Position numbers and translations under genes: made by a program. Positions 1 through 11,000 of a DNA stretch of 64,000 nt are shown one piece after another; position 1 is the stretch's first letter, and each line of letters begins with the position of its first letter. The stretch comes from Centroscyllium fabricii (taxonomy: Eukaryota): the NCBI GenBank assembly GCA_051313645.2, contig JBNRSN020000006.1, positions 223,262,001-223,326,000 on the forward strand, given 5' to 3'. Below the pieces are notes generated by a model. It saw only the letters and a list, made by a program, of their open reading frames with translations. It made no database searches and was not told the DNA's origin.

Positions 1-3000
1 AGTCTCCCTTGCTTCACAGTCCCACACAGCGGACGTCACCGGCTACTGCTCCGTCACGCTCACAGTTAGGGACTGCGTGTACCGTAAATTTAAATTGTAC
101 ATACTCAAGCAGTTGTGCGCCCCAGTCTTACTGGGACTGGATTTCCAGTGCCACCTTAAGAGCGTGACAATGGAGTTCGGCGGGACCCTGGCCCCCCTCA
201 CCGTCAGTAGCCGGGACAATCCATTCCTAAAGCGGAGCCCGACTTGCGGCCTCTCCACCCTGAAAGTCAACCCCCCCTCGCTGTTCGCCAACCTCGACCC
301 CAACTGCAAGCCCATTGCTACTAAGAGTCGGCGTTACAGTGCAGGGGATCGGACATTTATCAGGTCGGAGGTCGGGCGTATGCTGAAGGAGGGGATAATT
401 GAAGCCAGCACCAGCCCCTGGCAGGCCCAGGTCGTAGTGGTTAAGACTGGCGAGAAACAGCGGATGGTGATCGACTACAGCCAGACCATTAACCGCTACA
501 CCGGGCTCGACGCCTACCCACTTCCCCGCATCTCGGAAATGGTTAACCAGATCGCCCAGTACAAGGTGTTCTCCACAATCGACCTTAAGTCGGCGTATCA
601 CCAACTCCCGATCCGGAAAGCCGACCGCCCGTACACCGCCTTCGAGGCGAACGGTCGGCCCTACCACTTCCTCCGGGTCCCCTTCGGCATGACCAACGCA
701 GTGTCGGTATTCCAGAGGGAGATGGACAGCATGATTGACCAGAACGGGTTGCAGGCCACTTTCCCCTACCTGGACAACGTGACCATCTGCGGCCATGACC
801 AGCAAGACCACGATGCCAACCTGGCCAAATTTCTCCACACGGCGAAACGGCTTGATCTCACGTACAATAAAGATATGTGCGTCTTTAGTACAGATCGGCT
901 CGCCATCCTCGGATACGTGGTGGAAAACGAGGTCCTCGGCCCCGACCCACAGCGTATGCGCCCCTTACAGGAACTGCCCCTTCCTCACAACCCCAAAGCC
1001 CTGAAGAGATGTCTGGGATTTTTCTCTTATTACGCGCAATGGGTTCCCCAGTTCGCGGATAAGGCCAGACCACTCCTCAAGGCTGCCATCTTCCCCCTCT
1101 CGGTAGAAGCCCAAACGGCATTCGGCCGGATCAAGGAAGATATTATCAAGGCGACCATGCACGCCGTTGATGAATCCATCCCTTTCCAGGTGGAGAGTGA
1201 CGCTTCGGACTTTGCCCTTGCCGCCACCCTGAATCAGGCAGGCAGGCCCGTAGCGTTTTTCTCCCGCACCCTACAGGGACCCGAAATTCGCCACTCGGCA
1301 GTGGAAAAGGAGGCCCAGGCCATCGTGGAGGCCGTGCGCTACTGGCGTCATTACCTGGCCAGTAAGCGTTTTACCCTGCTCACCGACCAACGGTCGGTCG
1401 TGTTTATGTTTAATAATAAACAAAAGGGTAAAATCAAGAATGATAAGAATCTGCGGTGGCGGATCGAGCTCTCGACTTACGAGTACGACATTCTTTACCG
1501 ACCAGGCAAACTCAATGAACCCCCGGACGCACTGTCCAGGGGAACGTGCGCCAGTGCCCAGCTAGACCGGCTGAAGGAACTCCACGATCACCTCTGCCAC
1601 CCGGGTATCACCAGACTCGCCCACTTCGTTAAATCCCGTAGCCTCCCCTACTCCATCACGGAGATCAAGGCTATGACCCGAGAGTGCCCTGTTTGCGCCG
1701 AGTGCAAACCCCAATTTTACAGGCCAGACACGGCGCACCTCATTAAGGCCACCCGCCCCTTTGAACGTCTAAGCGTGGACTTCAAAGGCCCCCTCCCCTC
1801 CACCGACCGCAACTCATACTTCCTCACGGTCATAGACGAGTTCTCCCGCTTCCCCTTCGCCTTCCCCTGCCCAGATATGATGAGCGCAACGGTGATCAAA
1901 CACTTCACCACGCTGTTCGCCATTTTCGGTCTCCCCAGCTGCATCCATAGCAACCGGGGGTCGTCGTTAATGAGCGACGAACTGCGTCAGTTTCTGCTTC
2001 AGAAAGGGGTTGCCTCAAGCAGAACGACCAGTTACAACCCCCGGGGGAACGGCCAGGTAGAAAGGGAGAACGGGATCATCTGGAAGGCGGTCAGCCTGGC
2101 CCTGAAGTCTAGAGGCCTTCCAGTGTCCCGTTGGCAGGCAGTCCTCCCAGATGCGCTGCACTCGATCCGCTCTCTGTTGTGCACGGCTACCAACGCCACA
2201 CCTCACGAATTGCTCTTTTCCTTCCCCAGGAAGTCGACTTCGGGGACGGCCCTTCCACCATGGCTCACGATGCCGGGGCCGGTCTTGCTTAGGAAGCATG
2301 TTTGTGGACATAAGACCGACCCCCTGGTAGACAAGGTGCAGCTGCTGCACGCCAACCCACAGTACGCGTACGTGCAGTTCCCGGACGGGTGCGAGGACAC
2401 CGTCTCCATCAGGGACCTAGCGCCCGCCGGGAGCACCACAGCAGAGCCCCTGGTCGAGCCTCAGCCCGTCCAGCCACTACATTTCGACCACTGGCCGATA
2501 TACCACCCACAACCCACCAGAGGCTGGCCGTTACACACATACACACCGGAGCCCCCGTCACTACCAGCTGAGGACCAAGAACCCGACGACGCGCCGCAGG
2601 CACAGCAGCAACCGGAGGGCCCGGCCCCACCGCCACTACCAGCACCTACAGTACCGGCACCAGCGCCGCCGACACTACCGGCACCAGCGCCGCCGACACT
2701 AGCGACACCAGCGCCGCCGACACTGCAGGCACCAGCGCCGCTGACAGAGACCCGGTGGTCCTCAAGACAGACGCGACCGCCGGAGAAACTCATTATGAAC
2801 TACTCCGTCCATTCACCCCGCCGGACTTAATTTTCAAAGAAGGGGTGAATGTGGTAACCGTTATATATACTCTTTTACCACCATAATATTGCTGCCCAAT
2901 ATTAACCTGTATGTATAGCGGCCGGGTGCATGATACACTGCTTTGTATTGCGACACTGTCGCGGGGTCAGGTCAGCCATACCTCTAACTCCTCCCCTCAG

Positions 3001-3149
3001 GTGAGTGCCTTATAGGTGGGGTCTGACCTGCCCGCATCCATTCTGTACCTGATGTTCGATCGGAGCGTAGCTCCTTTGTAAGCTAATAAAAGCCTTTAGT
3101 TAAGGTAACTACGCGTCTTTGGTTTTATTAGACTATTGACGATACGTCA
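1..3149 (+). mobile_element. Gypsy element A (Mag-like lineage), 3' part; 5' end lies upstream of the window
   Basis: Open pol frame 2-2830 (PR C-terminus, RT, RH, IN), PPT AAAGAAGGGGTGAA, and 3' LTR 2850-3149 (TGTGG...CGTCA). Closely related to element D. Confidence 0.95.
2..2830 (+). CDS. Pol polyprotein of element A (5'-partial)
   Basis: RT motifs IDLKSAYHQ and YLDN, RNase H ESDASD, integrase HHCC and SVDFKG. The second integrase catalytic Asp reads HSNRG where siblings have HSDRG. C-terminal 24-bp PAPAPPTL repeats. Confidence 0.9.
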   Translation, partial: VSLASQSHTADVTGYCSVTLTVRDCVYRKFKLYILKQLCAPVLLGLDFQCHLKSVTMEFGGTLAPLTVSSRDNPFLKRSPTCGLSTLKVNPPSLFANLDPNCKPIATKSRRYSAGDRTFIRSEVGRMLKEGIIEASTSPWQAQVVVVKTGEKQRMVIDYSQTINRYTGLDAYPLPRISEMVNQIAQYKVFSTIDLKSAYHQLPIRKADRPYTAFEANGRPYHFLRVPFGMTNAVSVFQREMDSMIDQNGLQATFPYLDNVTICGHDQQDHDANLAKFLHTAKRLDLTYNKDMCVFSTDRLAILGYVVENEVLGPDPQRMRPLQELPLPHNPKALKRCLGFFSYYAQWVPQFADKARPLLKAAIFPLSVEAQTAFGRIKEDIIKATMHAVDESIPFQVESDASDFALAATLNQAGRPVAFFSRTLQGPEIRHSAVEKEAQAIVEAVRYWRHYLASKRFTLLTDQRSVVFMFNNKQKGKIKNDKNLRWRIELSTYEYDILYRPGKLNEPPDALSRGTCASAQLDRLKELHDHLCHPGITRLAHFVKSRSLPYSITEIKAMTRECPVCAECKPQFYRPDTAHLIKATRPFERLSVDFKGPLPSTDRNSYFLTVIDEFSRFPFAFPCPDMMSATVIKHFTTLFAIFGLPSCIHSNRGSSLMSDELRQFLLQKGVASSRTTSYNPRGNGQVERENGIIWKAVSLALKSRGLPVSRWQAVLPDALHSIRSLLCTATNATPHELLFSFPRKSTSGTALPPWLTMPGPVLLRKHVCGHKTDPLVDKVQLLHANPQYAYVQFPDGCEDTVSIRDLAPAGSTTAEPLVEPQPVQPLHFDHWPIYHPQPTRGWPLHTYTPEPPSLPAEDQEPDDAPQAQQQPEGPAPPPLPAPTVPAPAPPTLPAPAPPTLATPAPPTLQAPAPLTETRWSSRQTRPPEKLIMNYSVHSPRRT

Positions 3150-3417
3150 GATGTTTAACTGTTTTTTAAGTGATTCCCATTCAGAATTTTGACAAATCTA
3201 TGCGGAGAGACCTTCTTTGATTGGTTCCCCATGGCCCACGTGATCCCAGGGACGTTTGCGAACCGCCTGCACCCCTGGGATACCTGGGCCTCTGCACATT
3301 TCGTAGAACAGAGGCCCAGGATCAGAAGTCTCAGGAGCTACGGAGCCAGCAGGTAAGTTCGTAGATTTTTTCATCCCTAGGAAGCCTTCAGTCGGAAAAT
3401 CCGTCCCAAAAGAAACA

Positions 3418-4250
3418 ATTGGGGGGATTTCCACGGAGGTGCAGGAACCTGGCCTGGAATTGGTCGGGTTGGGTTTCTGTCCCGCTCGCCCAAGGGCCTG
3501 GAAACCTGACAACATTTTCCTAAAATTAATCAATTAAATCCCCGCGTGCGGGGAGCCCCTTGTAATTGCCTCAATCAAGTCGGCAATCAGGGAGCTCCAG
3601 CGGGGATCGAGCAGCTTGACAGACAGTTCCAGGGACTGTCTGTTGATGGTTCCTATGGAAACACTCCATTGTGACATTACAATGGAGTGCAACCAATCTG
3701 AAAGGCCAAGTGCTTTGAGTGACAGGTGGACGGGCGGGCTGCAAATCTTTGACAGCTAGGGAGTGTCTGTCAATGGAGTTGGTAAGATTTTTAAGATTTT
3801 GTCAAGGTAAGATTTTTAAGTTTTTTCCCCACAGCTGGTCTTCACCCAAGGGAATCACTTATACCTCCAGGGTGCTGAAGGCCTGGAAAGTATTCTGCTC
3901 TAGGTCCTTCAATACCTTGAAGGAGAAAGTGACCCAAGGCCACTGTGCTCCCTCTGGGTTTCACCAGCGGGATTTCAGAATGGCGGGGTTTGGGTGGGAA
4001 GGGGTGGAAAATAGGTGAGGGCCCTTAGAATGGCATTATCCAGACCAATTAAGGGCCCTCAATTACTTTAATGAGCATCCCCGCCGGCGGCGGGAGGGAA
4101 ATGGGAAAGTTTCGGGACGGCGGGATACGCCGCCCGAAACTTACAAGCTGGCGGCGATCCGGCGGTGGGGGGGGAACCACCCTGCTCATGATTTTAGGCC
4201 CCGCCCCACCGGAAAGCCACCCTCATGGACCGAGGAAAATCCCCCCCAAT
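3418..4250. mobile_element. Non-autonomous DNA transposon (MITE-like) with G/C-tract TIRs
   Basis: attGGGGGGATTT at about 3418 and AAATCCCCCCCaat at about 4240. Internal palindrome CACTCCATTGTGACATTACAATGGAGTG; a related palindrome lies at about 25064. Confidence 0.5.
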
Positions 4251-4311
4251 GGTTATGAACTGTTTTATAATTCTATCACATTTGGTACGTTGCTAAATCA
4301 TGTCACTGCAT

Positions 4312-5955
4312 CTTTTTTTATTCATTCACGGGATGTGGGTGTCGCTGTCAATGTCAGCATTAACTGCCCATCACTAATTTCCCTTGAGAAGGTGGTGGTG
4401 AGCTGCCTTCTTGAACTGATGCCATCTGTGTGGTGAAAGTACTCCCACAATGCTGTTCGGGATGGAGTTCCAGGATTTTAACCCAGTGATGATGAAGGAT
4501 CGGCGATATACTTCCAAGTCAGGATGATGTGTGACTTGGAGGGGAACTTGGAGGTGGTCGTGTTCCCATGCTCCTGTTGCTCTTGTCCTTCTCGGTGCAG
4601 AGGTCATGGATTTGGGAGGTGCTGCCGAAGGAACCTTGGCGAGTTGCTGCAGTGCATCTTGTAGATGGTACACACTGCAGCCACGGTACGCTGGTGGTGG
4701 AGGGATAGAATGTTTAAGGTGGTGGATGGGGTGACAATCAAGCAGACTGCTTTGTCCTGGATGGTGTCGAGCTTCTTGAGTGTTGTTGGAGCTGCACTCA
4801 TCCATCACACTCCTGGCTTGTACCTTGTAGATGGCAGAAAGGCTTTGGGAAGTTGGAAGTGAGTCACGCGCCACAGAATACCCAGCCTCTGACTTGCTCT
4901 TGTTGCCACAGTATTTATGTGGCTGGTCCAGTTAAGTTTCTAATCAATGGTGATTCCCCAGGATGCTAATGGTGCGGGCTTTGATGATGGTAATGCCATT
5001 AAATGTCAAGGGGAAGTGATTGGACTTTCTCTTGTTGGCGATGGTCATTGCCTGGCACTTGTGTGGCACGAATGTAACTTGCCACTTATCAGCTCAAGTC
5101 TGAATGTTGTCCTGGTCTTGCTGCAACCGGGCCTGGACTGCTTCATTATCTGATGAGTGGTGAATGGAACTGAACACTGTGCAATCATCAGCGAATATCC
5201 TCACTTCTGACCTTATGATGGACGGAAGTTCATTGATGAAGCAGCTGAAGATGGCTGGGCCTAGGACACTACCCTGAGGAACTCCTGCAGTGATGTACTG
5301 GGGCTGAGATGATTGGCCTCCAACAACCATGATCATCTTCCTTTGCACTAGTTGTGATTCCAGCCAATGAAGAATTTTCACCTGATTCCCATTGACTTCA
5401 ACTGGACGAGGGCTCCTTGATGCCACACTCAGTCAAATACTGCTTTGATATCAAGTGCAGTCACTCTCACCTCACCTCTGAAATTCAGCTCTTCAGTCCA
5501 TGTTTGGGCCAAGGCTGTAATGAGGTCTGGAGCTAAGTGGTCCTGTCAGAATGCAAACTGAGCATCGGTGAGCAGGTTATTGATGAGTAAGTGCTGCTTG
5601 ATAGCACTGTCGATGACACCTTCCATCATTTTGCTGATGATTGAGAGTTGACTGATGGGGCAGCATTTGGCTGGATTGAATTTGTGCTGCTTTTTGTGAA
5701 CAGGGCCAATGTTTCCCCTAATTTTGTTTGGCTGATGCGTGGCATGCACAGGATGTGCAGCCCATTCAAAGTTTTGCGCATGCGCTAAATTTTACATTTG
5801 AAAAGCCAGTTGAACAGGACATACCTGGGCAATTTTCAACTTTGTCGGGTAGATGCCAGTGTTGTAGCTGTACTGGAACAGCTTGGCTAGAGGCGCAGCT
5901 AGTTCTGGAGCTCAAGACTTCAGCTAGCCAGCCGGGATGTTGTTGGGGCCCATTT
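4312..5955 (-). mobile_element. CR1-group LINE (second family), decayed 3' part of ORF2 plus tail
   Basis: RT motifs GVPQGSVLGP and FADD, C-terminal KLDTIQDKA. Same family as 35000-35960. Confidence 0.85.
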
Positions 5956-5963
5956 TATCCTAA

Positions 5964-6987
5964 TGGGTACCGCAAGGTTCGGTGCTGGGGCCCCAGCTGT
6001 TTACATTATATATTAATGATTTGGACGAAGGGATTAAATGTTGTATCTCCAAATTTGCAGATGACACTAAATTGGGAGGCAGTGTGAGCTGTGAGGAGGA
6101 TGCTAAGAGGCTACAGAGTGACTTGGACAGGTTAGGTGAATGGGCAAATGTATGGCAGATGAAGTACAATGTGGATAAATGTGAGGTTATCCACTTTGGT
6201 GGTAAAAATAGAAAGACAGACTATTATCTGAATGGTGACAGATTAGGGAAAGCGGAGGTGCAACGAGACCTGGGCGTCATGGTACATCAGTCACTGAAGG
6301 TGGAAATGCAGGTATAGCAGGCAGTTAAGAAAGCAAATGGCATGTTGGCCTTCATAGCGAGGGGATTTGAGTACAGGAGTCGGGAGGTGTTGCTACAGTT
6401 GTACAGGGCCTTGGTGAGGCCACACTTGGAGTATTGTGTGCAGTTTTGGTCTCCTAACTTGAGGAAGGACATTCTTGCTATTGAGGGAGTGCAGCGAAGG
6501 TTTACTAGATTGATTCCCGGGATGGCCGGACTGACATATCAAGAAAGACTGGATCAACTGAACTTGTACTCTCTGGAGTTCAGAAGAATGAGGGGGGATC
6601 TCATAGAAACGTTTAAAATACTGACCGGTTTAGACAGGTTAGATGCGTGCAGAATGTTCCCAATGTTGGGGAGGTCCAGAACCAGGGGGCACAGACTAAG
6701 GATAAGGGGTAAGCCATTTGGGACCGAGGTGAGGAGAAACTTCTTCACCCAGAGAGTGGTGAACCTTTGGAATTCCCTACCACAGAAAGTTGTTGAGGCC
6801 AGTTCACTAAATATATTCAAAAGGGAGTTAGATGTAATAGTTACAACTAGGGGGATCAAGGGATATGGCGAGAAAGCAGAAATGGGGTACTGATGTAGCA
6901 TGTTCAGCCATGAACGTATTGAATGGCGGTGCAGGCTCGAAGGGCCGAATGGTCTACTCCTGCACCTATTTTCTATGTTTCTATGTA
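5964..6987 (+). mobile_element. CR1 LINE, 5'-truncated
   Basis: GSVLGPQLFTLYINDL, KFADDTKLGG, RPHLEYCVQFWSP. One in-frame TAG at 6315-6317. 3' tail ggtctactcctgcacctattttctatgtttctatgt. Confidence 0.93.
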
Positions 6988-7552
6988 GTGGTCGGACAAT
7001 CTACCCTATCTCCAACCCACAATTCCTTTGAACACAGCTCTCTGTTGGGAGTGCTGAGTTGGTGAATTTATCCTAATATCTCCTTCCTGGGCACTGTTCA
7101 TCGTTTTGGCATGAACACTGAATTTCATCTTTTCATTTACTATCTGACTTCCCAATTTTCTGCCTAACTCTCCCATTCACTCAGTTTTGAAGCTGTTTTA
7201 CTTACCTGTTGTGTCTCTAATGCTTCATCACAACTTTATATCTTTATATCTCACTTTTCACCCCTTTCCAGAATTTCAAAATCTGTTTACATGAGATTAA
7301 ACTATTCAGTGTTTCAATCTAAAAGTAGTTAGCAGCTAACATTTGACCTTTATCTTATTGTTCACAGAGATCATAAAGTTAAGTACAGATGCAGAAACCC
7401 ATTCAGCCCACAGCCTATCCTGACAGTGTAATAACCTACATTTCCCCACATCACAGTATCCGCCTCTGGAACAACTCGAGCTTTTGCCTCCACTACTCTA
7501 TCTGGAAGACCATCCCCGTATTAATCACTGACTTTGTGAAGAAGAGAGAAAA

Positions 7553-7750
7553 TAAAGAATTTACATTTATATAGCGCCTTTCATGACCTTAGGACATCCC
7601 AAAGTGCTTCACAACCAACGAAGTACTGTTGAATCGTAGTCCCTGTTGTACTCTACGGAACACAGCAGCCAATTTGCGCAATTGCAAAGTCCCACTCACA
7701 GCAATAATATAAATTACTAGATCATCAGTTTTAATTGTGTTTGTTAAGGA
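7553..7750 (-). mobile_element. Deu-domain SINE fragment (SacSINE1/AmnSINE-like)
   Basis: Reverse strand reads ...TGCGCAAATTGGCTGC...GCACTTTGGGATGTCC...GAAAGGCGCTATATAAATG. Same family as 56290-57385. Confidence 0.6.
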
Positions 7751-8044
7751 AAAAATGTAACTAACATAGGGAGAATTTTAACATCCTCTGCCCGGTGCAA
7801 ACCAGGAATTACAATCAAGCGCCTCTATTTGCTGATCCATTCCAATCCTGCAGCAGGTTTAACCCTGCTGTTTTGCCAGTGGCTGACATGCCTGCCTGAC
7901 TCAATTGGGAGTCTCATTAATATCTGCGAATTGGAATCCTATGACGTACCCTGATAGCATTTTAATGGCATACTGAGCGGGCAGCTGCGGCGGGCACCCT
8001 GGTCCGTAAAGCCTTTTGAGGAAGAAGCAGAGGCCCTAAAAGGT

Positions 8045-11000
8045 TGTGGCGGCACGCCCACTGAGACATCGAATCCGCCACAGGAACTCCGCGGAGCAAA
8101 GCCCCGCTCATCCGGGTGACGCGACGACGTCACCATGTCGGCCGATGCGATGACGTCACCAACCGCGGGACTGTTTAAATACGCTTGTTGGGAGTGGTTC
8201 ACTCTCTTTCTTGTTTTGTTTAGTATATTAAAGCTGTGTTTTCTCTAGCTCTGGCTCACGTGTGGTTCCTAGGCCCTGCCGGCGCTACAGTGGTGACCCC
8301 GAACTGGAACGACTTCCAGAGAAGAAAAGCTGCCGCAGGATCTGGGACCACCAGCCAAAGAACTTTTTAAATAAGAAAACATGGTAAACCCAAGGAACCA
8401 AGCTCCACAAACGCAAAGACTTGGCCAGAACGCCGGACGTGGACTAACTCTACCCGAGTTCTGGGAGCTACGGCCAGCGGCCTGGTTTATCTGCATCGAG
8501 ACCAGCTGCCGCACACATGGCATCCAGGGGGACAACCGCTATGACCTGGTGTTCTCAGCCCTACCACAGACGACGATCGATCGGATGTGGTCAAAAATAC
8601 AGCGTGTGCCCACCGCAGGCAGGTATGAATCACTCAAGGCCGCGCTTATAATTTTTTTTACCCCCTCTCAATTTGAGCGCGACTGCCAGCTCCTCGACCT
8701 CCCCGAACTCAGGGACGCAGACCCATCGGACCTCTTAGGTCAGATGCAAGCGCTCACACCCAACCAGGCCTCCCTCTTCTGCACCGTCTTCCTCCTTAAA
8801 CTGCCCCGCGCCATCAGACCGGCCTTGGCGGCCCTTGGCCAACGGAGCGATGACGAGCTCGGAGAGGAAGCCGACAGGCTCATGGAGGCGCAGCGCACCC
8901 GCTCAACCACGTGCGACCCTAACTCGGCATCGGTAGAGCGCAGCCAATCACCCCCCAGGCATAACTTTACGCCTGAACCTAGGACCCCGCGCCCACCTAG
9001 GCAAACGCGTCCCGCTAGCACCGGCTGGTGCTACTACCACACACGGTTCGATCATAAAGCGCACCGCTGCGTCCAGCCATGCGCGTTCAAGCCACGGCCC
9101 AACTCAGCCCCCACCATGTCTGTAGGCCACACAGGAGCACTGCTCTTTGCCACAGACAGCGGCAGAGGCCTCAGGTTCCTCTGCGACACAGGCGCGCAGC
9201 ACAGCATCGTGCCAGCCTCCCCTGCAGAAACCAAACAAGGCACCCGGGGCCCGCCACTAGCGGCGGCCAACGGCTCCAGTATAAAAACGTACGGCACCCG
9301 CAAGCTTACAATTACCCTTGCAAGCCACGCGTACACCTGGGATTTTGTAACAGCCCAGGTCACATCGCCCCTCCTCGGGGCAGATTTCCTCTGCGCCTAC
9401 GGCCTACTGGTCGACGTAACCCGGCGCCGCTTGGTCAACATAAATAATATGACGACCATCCCATGCTCCACAGGGCCCGCACTCCTGGCCCACGCGGCAG
9501 CCCAATGCCGCTCTCGGGACTCCGATGCCTACGGCACACTCCTGGCAGAGTTCCCCGCCCTAACCAACCCCACGTTCACCGCCCGCCAGGCCAAACACGG
9601 GGTGGAGCATTTTATAACGACCACAGGCCCTCCCGTCCATGCCCACGCCCGTAGGCTCGACCCGGCCAAGCAGGAGATAGCGCGCACCGAGTTCCGCACC
9701 ATGGAACAACTCGGTATAATCCGCCGCTCCAGCAGCCCCTGGGCCTCTCCGCTCCACATAGCCCCCAAGCCCGACGGAGGTTGGCGCCCCTGCGGCGACT
9801 ACCGCCGCCTAAACAACGCCACCACCCCGGATAGGTACCCCGTACCCCACATCCAGGATTTTTCCGCCAGATTAGCGGGCTGTACGATCTTTTCCAAGAT
9901 CGACCTGGTGCGTGGCTACCACCAGGTGCCGGTACACCCGGCGGACATTCCTAAAACGGCCGTTATTACCCCCTTCGGGCTCTTCGAGTTCCTTAGGATG
10001 CCCTTCGGCCTTAAAAACGCGGCCCAGGCCTTCCAGCGCCTCATGGACTCAGTCCTACAGGACTTGAAGTTCATTTTCGTCTATTTAGACGACATCCTCG
10101 TGGCCAGCACCTCCCCCCAGGAACACCTCCTGCACCTCAGGAGCCTGTTCCAGCGCCTTACCGAACACGGCCTTATCTTAAGCCCCACCAAGTGCAAATT
10201 CGGCCTCGAGACTATTGACTTCCTCGGCCACGGCATTTCCCAAACAGGGGCCATACCCCTGCCCTCCAAGGTGCAGGCGGTACAGGAATTACCCCGCCCG
10301 CACTCCATTAAAGGGCTGCAGGAATTCTTAGGCATGGTTAATTTTTATAACCGCTTTATCCCGGGAGCAGCCGCTCTCATGGCCCCCTTATACCAGGCCA
10401 CCCGCGGGCAGTCCAACAAGGCTGCGGTCGAGTGGACGGCCGACGCCGCCACCGCCTTCACCGCAACTAAAACCGCCCTGGCAAACGCCACCCTCCTAGC
10501 CCACCCTAGGCCCAACGCCAGAGTAGCCCTCACCACCGACGCCTCCGACTATGCGGTCGGGGCCGTATTTGAGCAGTGGACCGGCAACTCGTGGCAGCCC
10601 CTGGCCTTTTTCAGCCGGCAACTCAGGCCCCCAGAGGTTAAATACAGCGCCTTCGATAGGGAGCTACTCGCTCTCCATCTGGCAGTGCGACACTTTCGTT
10701 TCTTCTTGGAGGGCCGCCACTTCACAGCCTTCAGCGACCATAAGCCACTCACGTTTGCGATGGCTAAGGTTGCCGAACCCTGGTCGGCCAGGCAGCAGCG
10801 CCAACTCGCGGCCGTGTCGGAATTTACAACCGACATCCAGCACATTTCCGGCCGCGACAACGTGGTCGCTGACTGCCTCTCACGCCCCACCATTAACGCC
10901 GCCCAAATGGCGGTCGATTACGCCCAGCTGGCCGCGGACCAGCTGGCCGACCCCGACCTGCTCAACGCAGCAGCTAATCTCCCCGGCCTCCACTTGGCCA

